Positions 9,501-18,854 of a DNA stretch of 64,000 nucleotides are shown one piece after another (positions within the stretch are counted from its first letter, which is position 1; every line of letters begins with the position of its first letter). The stretch is from the IMG/VR virus record IMGVR_UViG_3300033232_000078. The stretch is one strand, 5' to 3'. The notes below the pieces were generated by a model. The model saw only the letters and a list, made by a program, of their open reading frames with translations. It searched no databases and was not told where the DNA came from. Source of the stretch: a virus. Made by a program: the position numbers and the translations under genes.

Positions 9501-12500
9501 CTGAGTATCCTCAAAGGGCATTCCGGTGTTCTTGAGCACCACGCCATCATGACCTGCGGCTTGGGCTTGCTTCACCAGGCTTTGCATATCCGTGCTAGTA
9601 ACGGCCTGTCCGGGGTACTCAACCCGCATGGGGTTTTCCATCTTCACGAAATAATCACGAAGGTCCCGGATATCCTGCAGCCCCCAAGCCGGGTTCCGCC
9701 AGTTCGCACTCAGCGAGTACACTGGGGTCTCCCCGACCAGTGCTACCTGCCCAGTCCTGTACCAGTACCGCAGGGGTTCCTGTGTCGCAGCATTAAGCAA
9801 TTTGCTTTGGCCAAGCCACCGCTTGAAGAAAACACTCTGGGTACCGTCTTTCTCAAACGCCTGAATCGCATCCTCAATCTGGGCCTGACCTTCGACCCCA
9901 GCGCTATCCTGGGTATGCGCCAGCGGAATGTTCGGGCTCGCAGGATTCTCACGATCCCAGTGCACCACCAGACTGCTCCGCTTATCCGTTAAGTCCACCT
10001 CTAGATAATCAAGCCCATTTCGCTTGACCTTCTGCACCTTGTACTTCTCGGCCTTGAGGAATCCCTGAATGGTTTTCTCGTAGAAGTCAATCGTGGCGGT
10101 TTGTCCGCTTAACTGCTCGGCATAAATGCGTTCAGCATTTGCTAACGTTTCCTGGAACTGTGGGTCAGCTCGCTGTTCCTCTGAAGCAAATTGCTCTCGT
10201 GTCAGAGGTTCCTTAAATCCCTGGATCGCCATCACCGCACTCCGTAGGGGAAGCAACGCAGCCTTCTGACCAATCTCCGCCAGCTTCCCGAGCGTCTCCT
10301 GCAACACCCGTTCGTACCAGCGCTGGCGTAAGGCATCCAGTTTCTTAAAGCCTTCATCCCGCATTTCAGGATTGTATTCAGGGTCATATTCGGCTTCCAA
10401 AGGCTCAAAGATCTGATTGGCCTTTGCCATCAAATCCGCCTGCAATTCCCCAATGATAACTTTGCCTGGAATGTCCACAGGCGCATTCACCCGAATATGA
10501 GCCACCACGTCAGGCGAGTCTTGCCAGTGATCCCTGAAAGACTTGTCACCAAGCGCCCTCTCTCGGCTCACCCGTAGTGGCGCTGCCAAGACCCAAGTCG
10601 CGGCCCGAGCCGGATTCTCCTGCATGGCGTCCCAACCAGTTTCATTATAGGCAAACTCGTCCGGCGAGACATTTCGGAATTTCAGCGGAAGCACCCGATC
10701 CATAACCCAGGCAACTACATCCTCCCGGGGTACGCTGGGAAGGCCTTCAGTTTCCGCTGCTTCGAAGATTTGCTTCAAGGCTTGCTGATCTTGTTTTCGC
10801 AGGGTCTGCTGATTCATCAGGGCCTTGATGGTTTCTAGTTTAACCTGGGCTTTGTTCGGGAGGCGTTGAATCGCCCTGGTGGTATACTCCCTGTCAAATA
10901 GCAGACTATCCTGCAGCGCCCGCATCTTCTCGCGGGCTTCTTCATAAGCTCCAATCGAGATCCTGTGCCGGATGCTGCGCACCGTCAGGCTATCTGCCTC
11001 CACCTCACCATCCGCAATCATCTTGTCCAGTTCCTGCAGCATCAACCCTTTGGCCTCAACCCCAGTCGCCAGTTCAGCTTGCGGCGGCGTCACCTCTATA
11101 GGTGCCGGCTCTGGCGCTTGCAATGGCGCTTGCTCCACAACCTCGTCCAGCCCAAGATTCTTTCTAGCATTCTCCCGAAGCTCGGCTTGCTTAGCTTGCA
11201 CTTCTTTCGAAAGTTGCTGCGCCCCTCGAGGCCGACGCTTCATCGCAGCATTCTTGGCGGTTAAATCCTCCAGCCATTCGTTGAACTTCACGCCCGGCTT
11301 GATCACGCCTTCCTTCTTGAGCATGGTGAAGAAGTCCCGGAGCTTCCCAATGATATCCGAGAAGAACTTGTTCAGTGGGCTCTGTGCCAAATCCCCTTTT
11401 GCGTAGGCCGCTCGGCTCATCTGCTCGGCGAAGTATTCGTCAAAGCTCAGTGCATACTTCATACCCCCCGGAAAGGCACTTTCAATCAAATCCTTGGCGC
11501 TGGAACCCTCCAAAGTTTTGCCCTGGGGTACCCGTTTCCTGGCCCATTCATATGGGTCCATATTCTGGGTATTTTCTTTCTTGATTCCAGCCCCATGCTT
11601 CCGGGGACCGGCCCAGGTATCCAGCCACTCCTTCGCAGTCATCACGCCGGACTCAACGCGCTGCTTGGTATCCAGCCATTCCTGGACCAAGCCCACTTCC
11701 AGGGGCGCAGTTTCCGCGAGTGCACTGAGCTGCTCGGGCGTCGCATTACCCAGCTTCGTGATGCTCTGAATGGTGTTCTTGACCTCCTCGCCAACCCGAG
11801 CTTTGAGGCCTTCAAAGAAAGCTTCCTCTGCCATACCATGCCCGAACTCGTGGCTTAGTGCTGTAAGGCTTTCCATCCGGGTCTGGCTGTTACCACCACC
11901 CTGGTACTTAAGGCTCGGCATTTCCCTGGGCGTAATCACATGGATGATGTTACCCTTGGTGTCCACTGCCCTTTGGTACGCCCCAAAGGTACTGGTGTCA
12001 CTGAGACTGTCGTAATTGATTATGATCCTGGCATTCGGCATATACTTCCGAACCCACTGTTGCACCGAATCATTCAGCGCCCGGCGCATCCCGCTCGGAT
12101 AGTTCCGCTCGTCATTGCGCGCAATCAGCCCCGTAACTACGCCCGGCGACAAGAACCCAACTTGCAGCGGCGTCAGGCCATCCATTCTGGCATCGCTGCT
12201 CGAGTCAAAGATTCTTTGCGAATGCGGCACAGTGCTGGGACCTTCCTCACCAGCCCGACGCTCCATCACCTCCGGGGACATGCCGCCAACGTCCTGGCTT
12301 GTGCTGTCCTGGAACAGTTCATCCAGCGTCCGAACCATATCAGGACCACTTTCCGCTGCCGGCGCTTCAATGCCTTTGGTGAGCTGCTCCAGCCGGGCAT
12401 CCGCCTCTGCGGCCTGTTCGGGGGTCAAGGTTTCGAGGGATTGTGGGGGCGTATAATCTTCTTTTATGCGCCCCGCCAATGCATCCAGTTCTTCCATCGC

Positions 12501-13418
12501 CACCTTGGCATCCACCCCGGGCGCGTCCACTGCAACCGGCTGCTTCGTACCATCAGCCTTTTCATAGACATACTGGATACCTTGCCCAACAGGCGCCATT
12601 GCCCCGCCCATCACGGCACCTGAGAGGCCTGCCTCAAATCCCCGCTGCAGCATATCCCCAGCCGAAATATCCGTATATCCTGAGATATTGGATTCCAAAT
12701 CCTGGGTACCTTGCGTTGCGGCTTCCTGCACGAACTCGGCCGCACCCAGCTTAACCACCCGCTTTCCAAGCTTCCCAACCTCCATCAAGGCACTCAGCCC
12801 AGGAGCTTCGAGCGCTGTGGAAACCGCCCCGACAATGCCGGCACTCCGGGTCGCCTGCTCATCCGTCGCACCTTCCTGCAAGGCCTCACCGTACGCCCCG
12901 CTGGCCTCGAGCGGATAGTTTGCACCAAGCCCCACCGCCATCGAAGCCGCCGGATTCCGGGTTGCCGCATAAGTCGCAAGTCCTGCGGTACTGGGCAAAA
13001 TGCTCTCAGCCGCACCACCAACAACCCGATCAAACATCGAGTGCTCAGCCCCCTCAGGCCGCTGCCGCCCCATATCCGCAGCATGGAGGTTGCGATTCAG
13101 CCTGGCTTCCTCAAAGCTCGCAATGTCTTTTTTGCGATCCTGCTGAAGTTTTGATGCCCTGGGGCTGGCCTTAATCGCATCCTGGTACTCGGGCTTATCC
13201 AGCCACTGATCCGCCGGGTCAACCCGGTTCGCGTACAGCTTAAGGTTCGCCGCCGTCAGTGGTAAACTTTGCGCCATCCGAGCCGGGAAGGTCTTCACGG
13301 ACTCCATAACCGAAGGCCCCTTGGGAGCCTCGTCCGGGTCCACAAAGCTCATTTCGTCGGGATCAACAAACCCAGTTGCTTTGGGCTTGCCCACTTCATC
13401 AGGATCAATAAAAGCCAT
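6570..13418 (-). CDS. 2282-aa DNA ejection (internal virion) protein with polyvalent-protein domains
   Basis: Last gene of structural arm after pilot-like genes; HEFGH and EYFAE zincin motifs; ART-PolyVal-like segment FKRWLGQSK...GHDGVVLKN...VLVWDASQL. Confidence 0.8.
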   Translation of the reverse strand: MAFIDPDEVGKPKATGFVDPDEMSFVDPDEAPKGPSVMESVKTFPARMAQSLPLTAANLKLYANRVDPADQWLDKPEYQDAIKASPRASKLQQDRKKDIASFEEARLNRNLHAADMGRQRPEGAEHSMFDRVVGGAAESILPSTAGLATYAATRNPAASMAVGLGANYPLEASGAYGEALQEGATDEQATRSAGIVGAVSTALEAPGLSALMEVGKLGKRVVKLGAAEFVQEAATQGTQDLESNISGYTDISAGDMLQRGFEAGLSGAVMGGAMAPVGQGIQYVYEKADGTKQPVAVDAPGVDAKVAMEELDALAGRIKEDYTPPQSLETLTPEQAAEADARLEQLTKGIEAPAAESGPDMVRTLDELFQDSTSQDVGGMSPEVMERRAGEEGPSTVPHSQRIFDSSSDARMDGLTPLQVGFLSPGVVTGLIARNDERNYPSGMRRALNDSVQQWVRKYMPNARIIINYDSLSDTSTFGAYQRAVDTKGNIIHVITPREMPSLKYQGGGNSQTRMESLTALSHEFGHGMAEEAFFEGLKARVGEEVKNTIQSITKLGNATPEQLSALAETAPLEVGLVQEWLDTKQRVESGVMTAKEWLDTWAGPRKHGAGIKKENTQNMDPYEWARKRVPQGKTLEGSSAKDLIESAFPGGMKYALSFDEYFAEQMSRAAYAKGDLAQSPLNKFFSDIIGKLRDFFTMLKKEGVIKPGVKFNEWLEDLTAKNAAMKRRPRGAQQLSKEVQAKQAELRENARKNLGLDEVVEQAPLQAPEPAPIEVTPPQAELATGVEAKGLMLQELDKMIADGEVEADSLTVRSIRHRISIGAYEEAREKMRALQDSLLFDREYTTRAIQRLPNKAQVKLETIKALMNQQTLRKQDQQALKQIFEAAETEGLPSVPREDVVAWVMDRVLPLKFRNVSPDEFAYNETGWDAMQENPARAATWVLAAPLRVSRERALGDKSFRDHWQDSPDVVAHIRVNAPVDIPGKVIIGELQADLMAKANQIFEPLEAEYDPEYNPEMRDEGFKKLDALRQRWYERVLQETLGKLAEIGQKAALLPLRSAVMAIQGFKEPLTREQFASEEQRADPQFQETLANAERIYAEQLSGQTATIDFYEKTIQGFLKAEKYKVQKVKRNGLDYLEVDLTDKRSSLVVHWDRENPASPNIPLAHTQDSAGVEGQAQIEDAIQAFEKDGTQSVFFKRWLGQSKLLNAATQEPLRYWYRTGQVALVGETPVYSLSANWRNPAWGLQDIRDLRDYFVKMENPMRVEYPGQAVTSTDMQSLVKQAQAAGHDGVVLKNTGMPFEDTQVLVWDASQLADGQLEGQMQKEYFDLESPVQAQAHETLTGPIKEFLAKPWTLGVALAGKAFDQLVQMQQRAVIPLYGNEFDLPMQSMVKAVNMAETFKSQLQVQGEQVAKEILTLGIAKQNLIDGFLSAEWKAGKHWTALAEDRHGRLVFQPSELFREQLRQHGIDPQTDDGQHLAQLILDYKNAAQVQFEHQRQILFELAVSKYEGNDLVIARIHQKIKETFAKLNETPFMPQGHFGNYVVIVKESQKKNGKKYAPVHIEHFESEESFKKASEYWLQKQDENPQQYKVSTKEFKDFDGIPVNLPVSMLQNFQDTGLFSEEQIAAAAELMQPDMVDKIAKRFEDATSKLDGASKDFVRNYADFIWHNANFTWKLRYRANFTRAIQWQQYEIRELHKSQGMPAAERAKLIALRRRNLKMMENTKSYMLYPTQEFQGVRLWVTLMMLAYNMKTALLNFSTMLNTGAAMTTEYGELKGSRYMVSAMHDLIKYKMDTAGWISEAKDNAEMIRRNAFSSVMNDAIRDGIIDQSYAYFLAGQSTSSAMLRHFRRTTMGHMARQFIETGMWTFRTVEKLNRASTLMSFFSAEFDRLRNNGMKFEMARQQAYENAKSKTLLLQNAYDAGNRSQFLRGKKAVMFIFLSYVQFMGWIMSGGYERGQRAQFRAEGRAVRPWVFGTTAKLWLMFLLLSGLEGLPFGSNILDMLQAIWRKLSGGDNIRLEMRRFFKEYGMDSNLVMNGLLHNAGGLDLSGSFGLGQIIPGTEMLNRNYDDVGELLGKGAVEVSGPAGGVLEDLIKVTMLAPKVVGGRATVPEMLKELPGATGAMGRALDAYHKQTLRPTYGVTGKGGERIVKDLETGNFRDLSDYELAMMALGGNPAVLAVNRERKFSETGEIIYWRSRRAGLLESYRKAVWEKDLDKRKASQSAIDEYNEQVPDFKMKISVKDRMESVRNMRKRNRKLDRGDSTEKRYRSVIKDVGESF
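12441..12479. promoter_or_regulatory. 39-bp palindrome family, site 2 (inside the ejection-protein CDS)
   Basis: TTGTGGGGGCGTATAA-TCTTCTT-TTATGCGCCCCGCCAA. Confidence 0.8.
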
Positions 13419-13433
13419 AGCAGTTCCTTTTTA

Positions 13434-14537
13434 TTAGTTGCCGAATTTCTCGTTAGCTCTGCGCTGAATCTCTGCGAGCGGTACATTCGGATTCGCGGCC
13501 TTTGCGCGTTGAATCCAGTCAGCCTTTTGGGCTGTCGTTGCCTTGGTGCCACCCCGGCCAGTCGCAGGCGTCACCCCACCTTGCTGCCGACCTTTAATCA
13601 GCCGGTCAGCTTCTGCCAGCAAAGCATTCCGCTCATCATCATCCTCAGTCAGCTCAGCCAGTTTCAGCAAATCCGCGGCGCTGTTAGTCTTGCTGGTGCT
13701 TTGCACTCCAAGAGTGGCTTGGGCAATCCGCTGGTCATAAGCCGCATCCGTTTCCCCGGCTTCCTTGGGATTCGCCCGGCGCACGAGTTCCTCCACATCC
13801 CGCTTGGCTTGCCCCGCCGCAGGGATCTTATTGGCGTTGATACGGTCAGTTTTGACCCGCTCATTCCGGGCCCAGATTGCACTTTCCTTGTCTTTCTTGG
13901 TGAGTTCCCACGCCGCCTTCAGGTTCCCGTTTTGAAATTCTTGCTCAACCAGTTTAGCATCTTCAACAAGACCTTTGCGCTTAAGGTTTGCGATACCGAG
14001 TTCAATTTCCTCAATAGCTTGCCCACGGGTTTTCGCATAGAAGTTATTCGAAGCTTCAGCTTTTTCAGCATCGGCAGTACCTTTACGAATATCCAATTCA
14101 TGCTTTTGATCCTCCATCCCTTGCTTGCGTTGCTTGTCCCTGGCATCCAGCTGGTTCTGCTTCAACATCTGGTTCGTCATCACCCCAGTCGCTGCGGCAT
14201 TTCCGAATTGCTGTCCGACGGATTGCCCAGGCTGACGCCCCTGCAGCAGCTTCAGCCCAACCATCATCATGATATCCTTGGCATTCGGCTGTGCCATCAG
14301 CCCGTCCAGTAAGGTCCGCCAACCCTGCTTGCGTTGCTCCAGCTCCGCTGGGTCCTGGGTAGGTTGTTGCGGCATAGCAGTACCTTGCGCACCTGCACCT
14401 TGGGGGGCCACCTCAGGCATACTGGGCAACGGCGCAGGCACGGCGCCCCCTTGCGGCATCCCCGGCACATAGGGCATTTGCTGGGGCTGAGCCTGCCCTT
14501 GCTGTGCCTGCATGATAATATCTTGAAAGTTAGCCAT
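13434..14537 (-). CDS. Putative DNA ejection protein (Q/P-rich N-terminus, helical C-terminus)
   Basis: Position between pilot-like gene and giant ejection gene; composition; AGGAA RBS. Confidence 0.65.
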   Translation of the reverse strand: MANFQDIIMQAQQGQAQPQQMPYVPGMPQGGAVPAPLPSMPEVAPQGAGAQGTAMPQQPTQDPAELEQRKQGWRTLLDGLMAQPNAKDIMMMVGLKLLQGRQPGQSVGQQFGNAAATGVMTNQMLKQNQLDARDKQRKQGMEDQKHELDIRKGTADAEKAEASNNFYAKTRGQAIEEIELGIANLKRKGLVEDAKLVEQEFQNGNLKAAWELTKKDKESAIWARNERVKTDRINANKIPAAGQAKRDVEELVRRANPKEAGETDAAYDQRIAQATLGVQSTSKTNSAADLLKLAELTEDDDERNALLAEADRLIKGRQQGGVTPATGRGGTKATTAQKADWIQRAKAANPNVPLAEIQRRANEKFGN

Positions 14538-14542
14538 GATGC

Positions 14543-15076
14543 TTATCTCCCGTAAAGCAGTTGCGCCAGCGTCGGGCGACCCTGTTGGGCTTGTGCCTGA
14601 AGCATTTGCGGATCACGCACTGAGGTACCGCCCTGTAGGCTTGGCGGATTCGGCGCACGGGGCTGCCCCTGACCCTGGTTCTGACCTTGACCCAGTAACT
14701 GCATCATCTGCATAGCCTGCAAGCCAGCGCCCATTGCATTTCCACCTTGTCCGAACTCCAGCGGAGCCGCCGGCGCCTGTTGCATCCCAGGATCAGGTTG
14801 TGCCATCCCAGGAACCTGACTCATTTGGGGAGGCGGTACCGGGGTCAGTGCACTTCCATCCGGACTCGGTTGCATTGGGACCTGCCCAGGAGCCCCGGCC
14901 TGTTGAAGCATCCCCGAGAAGCTGCCCGGCGCGCCCGGAACCTGGCTCATTTGTGGGGCACCCTGACGCCCGACCTGCGCCAGCAATTCCGGGGGAGGTG
15001 CACCTTTGTTGGCAAGCATATCCACCAGGGATTCCCGATTTTGGGGTTGTGTCAGTTGATTCATCCAATCCATCAT
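14543..15076 (-). CDS. Putative ejection protein, low-complexity Q/P/G/M-rich
   Basis: Position in ejection cluster; GGAG RBS. Confidence 0.6.
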   Translation of the reverse strand: MMDWMNQLTQPQNRESLVDMLANKGAPPPELLAQVGRQGAPQMSQVPGAPGSFSGMLQQAGAPGQVPMQPSPDGSALTPVPPPQMSQVPGMAQPDPGMQQAPAAPLEFGQGGNAMGAGLQAMQMMQLLGQGQNQGQGQPRAPNPPSLQGGTSVRDPQMLQAQAQQGRPTLAQLLYGR

Positions 15077-15088
15077 TTTCGTCTCTCC

Positions 15089-16000
15089 TTATCCAAGTAA
15101 CGCACCAATAACTCCGCCGGCTACCGCACCCCAGGGACCGCCAACACTAAAGCCCGTAGCTGCACCACCTATGGCACCTCCCAAGCGGTTCCTCGGCGCT
15201 CCTGGCTGGGTTGTCGTTGTGGTCCCTTGACTCGACCCTCCGCCATAGACAAGGTTCGCCATGTTGTTGAGGGGCGCCCATTGTGAGTTGTATCCCCACA
15301 TCGCCGCGTCAGATTCGTAGTTCGCATTAGCCTGCTGCAAATCTTCTTTCTGACCACCGACGCTCGACAGCCAGTTAACCGGCAGCATCCCAGTCTTCAG
15401 GGCTTCCGGCGCAAACATCAAGGTTCTGGCAAAGGTATCCTGACCCTTGTCGTAGGCCGCCGTATACATCTTGCTCGAGACATCCCCGACTTCCTGCGCA
15501 TACCGGCCGGCTGCAATGCCCTCGGCAACCCCTTGACGGCTGGAGCCAAACTGCCCAGCATCCACGCCGCCATCCCGAATCTGGCTCATTACGCCGCCAG
15601 AATCAGTATAGCTCTGGGTGATCGGTCGGATTGCACCTTCGACTGCCTTCGCCAGATACGGATTATTGTCCACATCCATCGAGGTGGTCAAGCCATAATT
15701 AACCCCTTGATTGATCTGGTCGATACCTTGCTGAGCGCCAAAAGCATTCTGCACGGCTAGGTTCTGAGCAGCCAAACTTTCCGGGCTAAAGGGAACGGGT
15801 TTCGCGCCCGGATAGGGGGAATTCGCAATCTTCGGCGCCGTTGTGTTGTATACCCGCAGCGCCTCGTCCATCACCTGGGTTCGGCGCGCAGCCTCTTCAG
15901 GTGAATAATTTAGCGTGGTCGAGGTACTCGTGGTGCTACCCCCGCCGCCATTAAAGCCCGGACGCCGCAGCCACCTTCTATGCTTTTCTGCTCCGTACAT
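15089..16000 (-). CDS. Putative DNA pilot/ejection protein (P22 gp7-like position)
   Basis: N-terminal GGGGSTTSTSTT, internal GQFGSSRQGVAEG, Gly-rich hydrophobic C-terminus GGPWGAVAGGVIGALLG. Confidence 0.7.
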   Translation of the reverse strand: MYGAEKHRRWLRRPGFNGGGGSTTSTSTTLNYSPEEAARRTQVMDEALRVYNTTAPKIANSPYPGAKPVPFSPESLAAQNLAVQNAFGAQQGIDQINQGVNYGLTTSMDVDNNPYLAKAVEGAIRPITQSYTDSGGVMSQIRDGGVDAGQFGSSRQGVAEGIAAGRYAQEVGDVSSKMYTAAYDKGQDTFARTLMFAPEALKTGMLPVNWLSSVGGQKEDLQQANANYESDAAMWGYNSQWAPLNNMANLVYGGGSSQGTTTTTQPGAPRNRLGGAIGGAATGFSVGGPWGAVAGGVIGALLG

Positions 16001-16003
16001 AGT

Positions 16004-16438
16004 TTATACTCCTGTCGGAAATCTGATAATATCGTATACTTTTTGAGAGCCGAAGCGACGATGATATCGCGTCATCTCGGGATGGGTCCAGGCCTCAAGA
16101 TACGCGGCTCCGTTGACTCTGGCCCAGTTTGCTACATATCCCATAAAGCGCACGATGAACTTTTCAAAGCCAGCGCCAGCAGCGACCACGACCCGGATAA
16201 CCTTGAATTGGGGATATTCCACATTCTCAGTTATCATACATCCGGTCACCTGCCCATCTGTACGGCCGACGAACAGGTGAAACTTTTCATTAGCAAAACC
16301 AATCGGGAAGTCGGACAGGGCTAACTCTCCTTGCATTTTCGGAAGCACATGCGCCACGAATCCTGCCACCAAGGGCCATTGCGCCAACGCGTCTTGCCCT
16401 ACATGGTACGAAATTTCAAGCTTCATAGCTTTACCCAC
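16004..16438 (-). CDS. GNAT-fold acetyltransferase-like virion assembly protein
   Basis: Position between nozzle and pilot genes, like T7 gp13/P22 gp14; ANWARVNGAAYLEAWT pattern; start may be 16429. Confidence 0.55.
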   Translation of the reverse strand: MGKAMKLEISYHVGQDALAQWPLVAGFVAHVLPKMQGELALSDFPIGFANEKFHLFVGRTDGQVTGCMITENVEYPQFKVIRVVVAAGAGFEKFIVRFMGYVANWARVNGAAYLEAWTHPEMTRYHRRFGSQKVYDIIRFPTGV

Positions 16439-16671
16439 ACAGCAGAGCTAAACACATAAACGCCTCGGCCACTCCCCGGGTTCCAGCTTGTACCATCGGC
16501 AAAAACCACCAGACCTTCGCGCGGCTTCCCCGGCGCACTGTAACGCTCCACCAGCTGCACTGAGTCAAACGTCCGAGCTTCCAGGTCAAGTGCAAGCCTC
16601 TGAAGTTCGGATTCCACAAAAAGCCTGAGGCTTGCTAAATCCCCTTGCGGGGGTGTCCCTGGAACAAACAT
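16423..16671 (-). CDS. Hypothetical virion protein
   Basis: Tightly packed between nozzle and GNAT genes; P..G.VVFADGTSWNPGSG.GVY motif. Confidence 0.6.
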   Translation of the reverse strand: MFVPGTPPQGDLASLRLFVESELQRLALDLEARTFDSVQLVERYSAPGKPREGLVVFADGTSWNPGSGRGVYVFSSAVWVKL

Positions 16672-16674
16672 GCT

Positions 16675-18246
16675 TTAATACCTCCCGCCGCCCTGCACCA
16701 AAAAGTCCATCGCTTCGAGTCTCCAGGTAGCATTCCCGCTTCCCGTGATCCTCCATGAAATATACCTTCCATTACGACCCATGCATAGTTCTGCATTCGT
16801 CCCGACAACATAGGGTTGAACCTCGCCCCAGTCAATCGGATCATTCAGGTTCATTTGCACGCCGATCTGGAACTCGAGCTGGGTGCCGTTCGCTGCGAGA
16901 ATCTTCGGGCGGAGCTTGCTGATATGCTTCACTGCATCAGCAATATCCACGTTCTTCGGATCGGCGAAGTCAAAGCTTTGATGCTCCAACAGGGTCTGCA
17001 TAGCGTCAGCCCCAATGGTTTCCCCCACATTCAGGGTGTAAAGTTTCTGTCCTATGGTATTCGCCACAACGCCGACTTTTCCGCGCAGGGTGAACGCCGA
17101 CCAGCCTTCCCCGTCACCATCCCAGTTCCCGCTATCCGAGTCCCAGCTTGCATCCGTCGGGTCAGGTGTAAATGCCGAGATAAGACTCTGCGCGAAAGGC
17201 AAGTCCCGCTTTGCCCAGGTATTCGTTTTCCAGTTCCACACATAAGCCAGGTTGGGCGGATACCCTGAGGTAGTCGAGATGCAAATCCAGACTTCTCGTT
17301 CAGCCGGGAACACCGCCAGATACGACTTGTGGTAATCCGATACTGAGATATTTGAGAACAGGTCCCGCCGCCATTTCTTGTTGATGATGGATTCCGCTTG
17401 CGTTCCGTCAAAGGCAATCACATCGTCAGTCGTCAGTACGATATGCCGGCCCAGTACCTCAACCATACAGTTCCGCCCCAGAATGCCGCTTTCCCGAAGC
17501 ACCGGACGGAACTTGAAGATAAAGGGCGCCCCGACAAACTGCATCAGATACGTCGCATCTTCCTTATACACGACGAAATTATCCCCCATTGCGAGGCCAT
17601 CAATGATGTGCCCAGGGGTATCCGACAGCGGGGTGTCACCGGCGTCCTTGGTCGGGTCAGTCACATCCCAGGTGCCAGGTACACTGCCCGGATTCGCTGG
17701 ATGGCTCCACAGTACGTTGTGCGGAAACCCCAAGGTTCCATCGCTATGGTTCATCGCTACCAGGTAGTTTTTGAACGGGCGCAATGCTTGGGCGGTATAG
17801 CCAATCGGCCAGTTCGACAGGTCCTTGAACAGGCCAGTAGACTTATCAAACTCCTGGGGGGCATCCGTGCCATTATTCAGGAAAGGAATGCCATGCAGCA
17901 CACCGCCGGTCCAGACGTTACCAACCCCAGCCGAATATGGCGTCAGCACACCAAGAGGCTGCCGAGTCGCATCCGAGTATACCCCACTCAGGTAGTAATG
18001 AATCGCGGCTTGCCCCGCAAGAAACAACCTCTTAACGCCGTCGTTTTCCTGCGAGGATAGCAAGTAGTAAGGCGCAATCGGCGGGGTGCCGTATTGCTCA
18101 GCCATACCACCGGCCTTCTCAATAGCCCCATCCAGAAACCTGACGTTCCTGGCATCCGTGAAAACTCCCGGCGGAACTGCCTGGGCCGGCAAATCCCCAG
18201 CGCTACCGCCATTGGCGTCAAACTGATTAATGCGAAACCACGGCAT
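16675..18246 (-). CDS. Tail nozzle / tail tubular protein B-like (P22 gp10-like)
   Basis: 523 aa, beta-rich, VLWSHPANP...WD, GIL...C.V motifs; position ahead of ejection genes. Confidence 0.75.
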   Translation of the reverse strand: MPWFRINQFDANGGSAGDLPAQAVPPGVFTDARNVRFLDGAIEKAGGMAEQYGTPPIAPYYLLSSQENDGVKRLFLAGQAAIHYYLSGVYSDATRQPLGVLTPYSAGVGNVWTGGVLHGIPFLNNGTDAPQEFDKSTGLFKDLSNWPIGYTAQALRPFKNYLVAMNHSDGTLGFPHNVLWSHPANPGSVPGTWDVTDPTKDAGDTPLSDTPGHIIDGLAMGDNFVVYKEDATYLMQFVGAPFIFKFRPVLRESGILGRNCMVEVLGRHIVLTTDDVIAFDGTQAESIINKKWRRDLFSNISVSDYHKSYLAVFPAEREVWICISTTSGYPPNLAYVWNWKTNTWAKRDLPFAQSLISAFTPDPTDASWDSDSGNWDGDGEGWSAFTLRGKVGVVANTIGQKLYTLNVGETIGADAMQTLLEHQSFDFADPKNVDIADAVKHISKLRPKILAANGTQLEFQIGVQMNLNDPIDWGEVQPYVVGTNAELCMGRNGRYISWRITGSGNATWRLEAMDFLVQGGGRY

Positions 18247-18248
18247 GA

Positions 18249-18854
18249 TTAAGTACCTGGGAAGTAGTCACTTAGCCGCTGCGCAATAAAGTACGCCCAG
18301 GCCTCACGACGGTTTGCGGTAAAGGCGCCAGTATGGTCTTTGTAAGCCATCCCAGGGCCGAACTTTGTGGCGTTGTGGCTGCAGTAATTCAAATGCTCCA
18401 CCGCATTATAGGGGGTCTTAGCAATCCCTACCTTACCCTGGTCGCCCCACATATGCATAGGTAAAAACCTCGCCAAATCTACCCAGCGATCCTGCTCGCT
18501 ATACACTGTCTCGACATGGGGAACGGGCGCAACTCTCCAGCGATCCAGCGCCGGATTAAAGTTAATAATCATATCGGGTCTGGCGCCCAGAGTTTTAGCC
18601 GCCATATAAGCAATCGCCGCGCCGTTGCTGTGCGTAACCCAGACTTCCCGTTCGCCCATAGTATTGGCTCGTGCAAATGCCAAGCGCTTTGCCACCCCAG
18701 GGTTTTTGAACCGGGCTGCCCAGAACCCCATGAAGCCATACGAAAACACTGAGACCAAGGCATCCGGCATAATCTTCTGAAGCACCGGGGCAAAGGCCGC
18801 AATGTTGTTGTTACCCTCGGGGGAATGAATCCCATGAATCAAGCGAATAATCAT
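18249..18854 (-). CDS. Alpha/beta-hydrolase (esterase/lipase-like) in the lysis cassette
   Basis: LIHGIH oxyanion segment, THSNG nucleophile elbow, candidate Asp (QDRWV) and His (DHTG); ATG overlaps endolysin TGA at 18854. Confidence 0.65.
   Translation of the reverse strand: MIIRLIHGIHSPEGNNNIAAFAPVLQKIMPDALVSVFSYGFMGFWAARFKNPGVAKRLAFARANTMGEREVWVTHSNGAAIAYMAAKTLGARPDMIINFNPALDRWRVAPVPHVETVYSEQDRWVDLARFLPMHMWGDQGKVGIAKTPYNAVEHLNYCSHNATKFGPGMAYKDHTGAFTANRREAWAYFIAQRLSDYFPGT

Noticed and set aside
12824-17537. Partial arm matches CGCCCCGACAA near 12825 and 17527
   Set aside because: The inner TTAT and the opposite arm are missing; compatible with chance in coding DNA.
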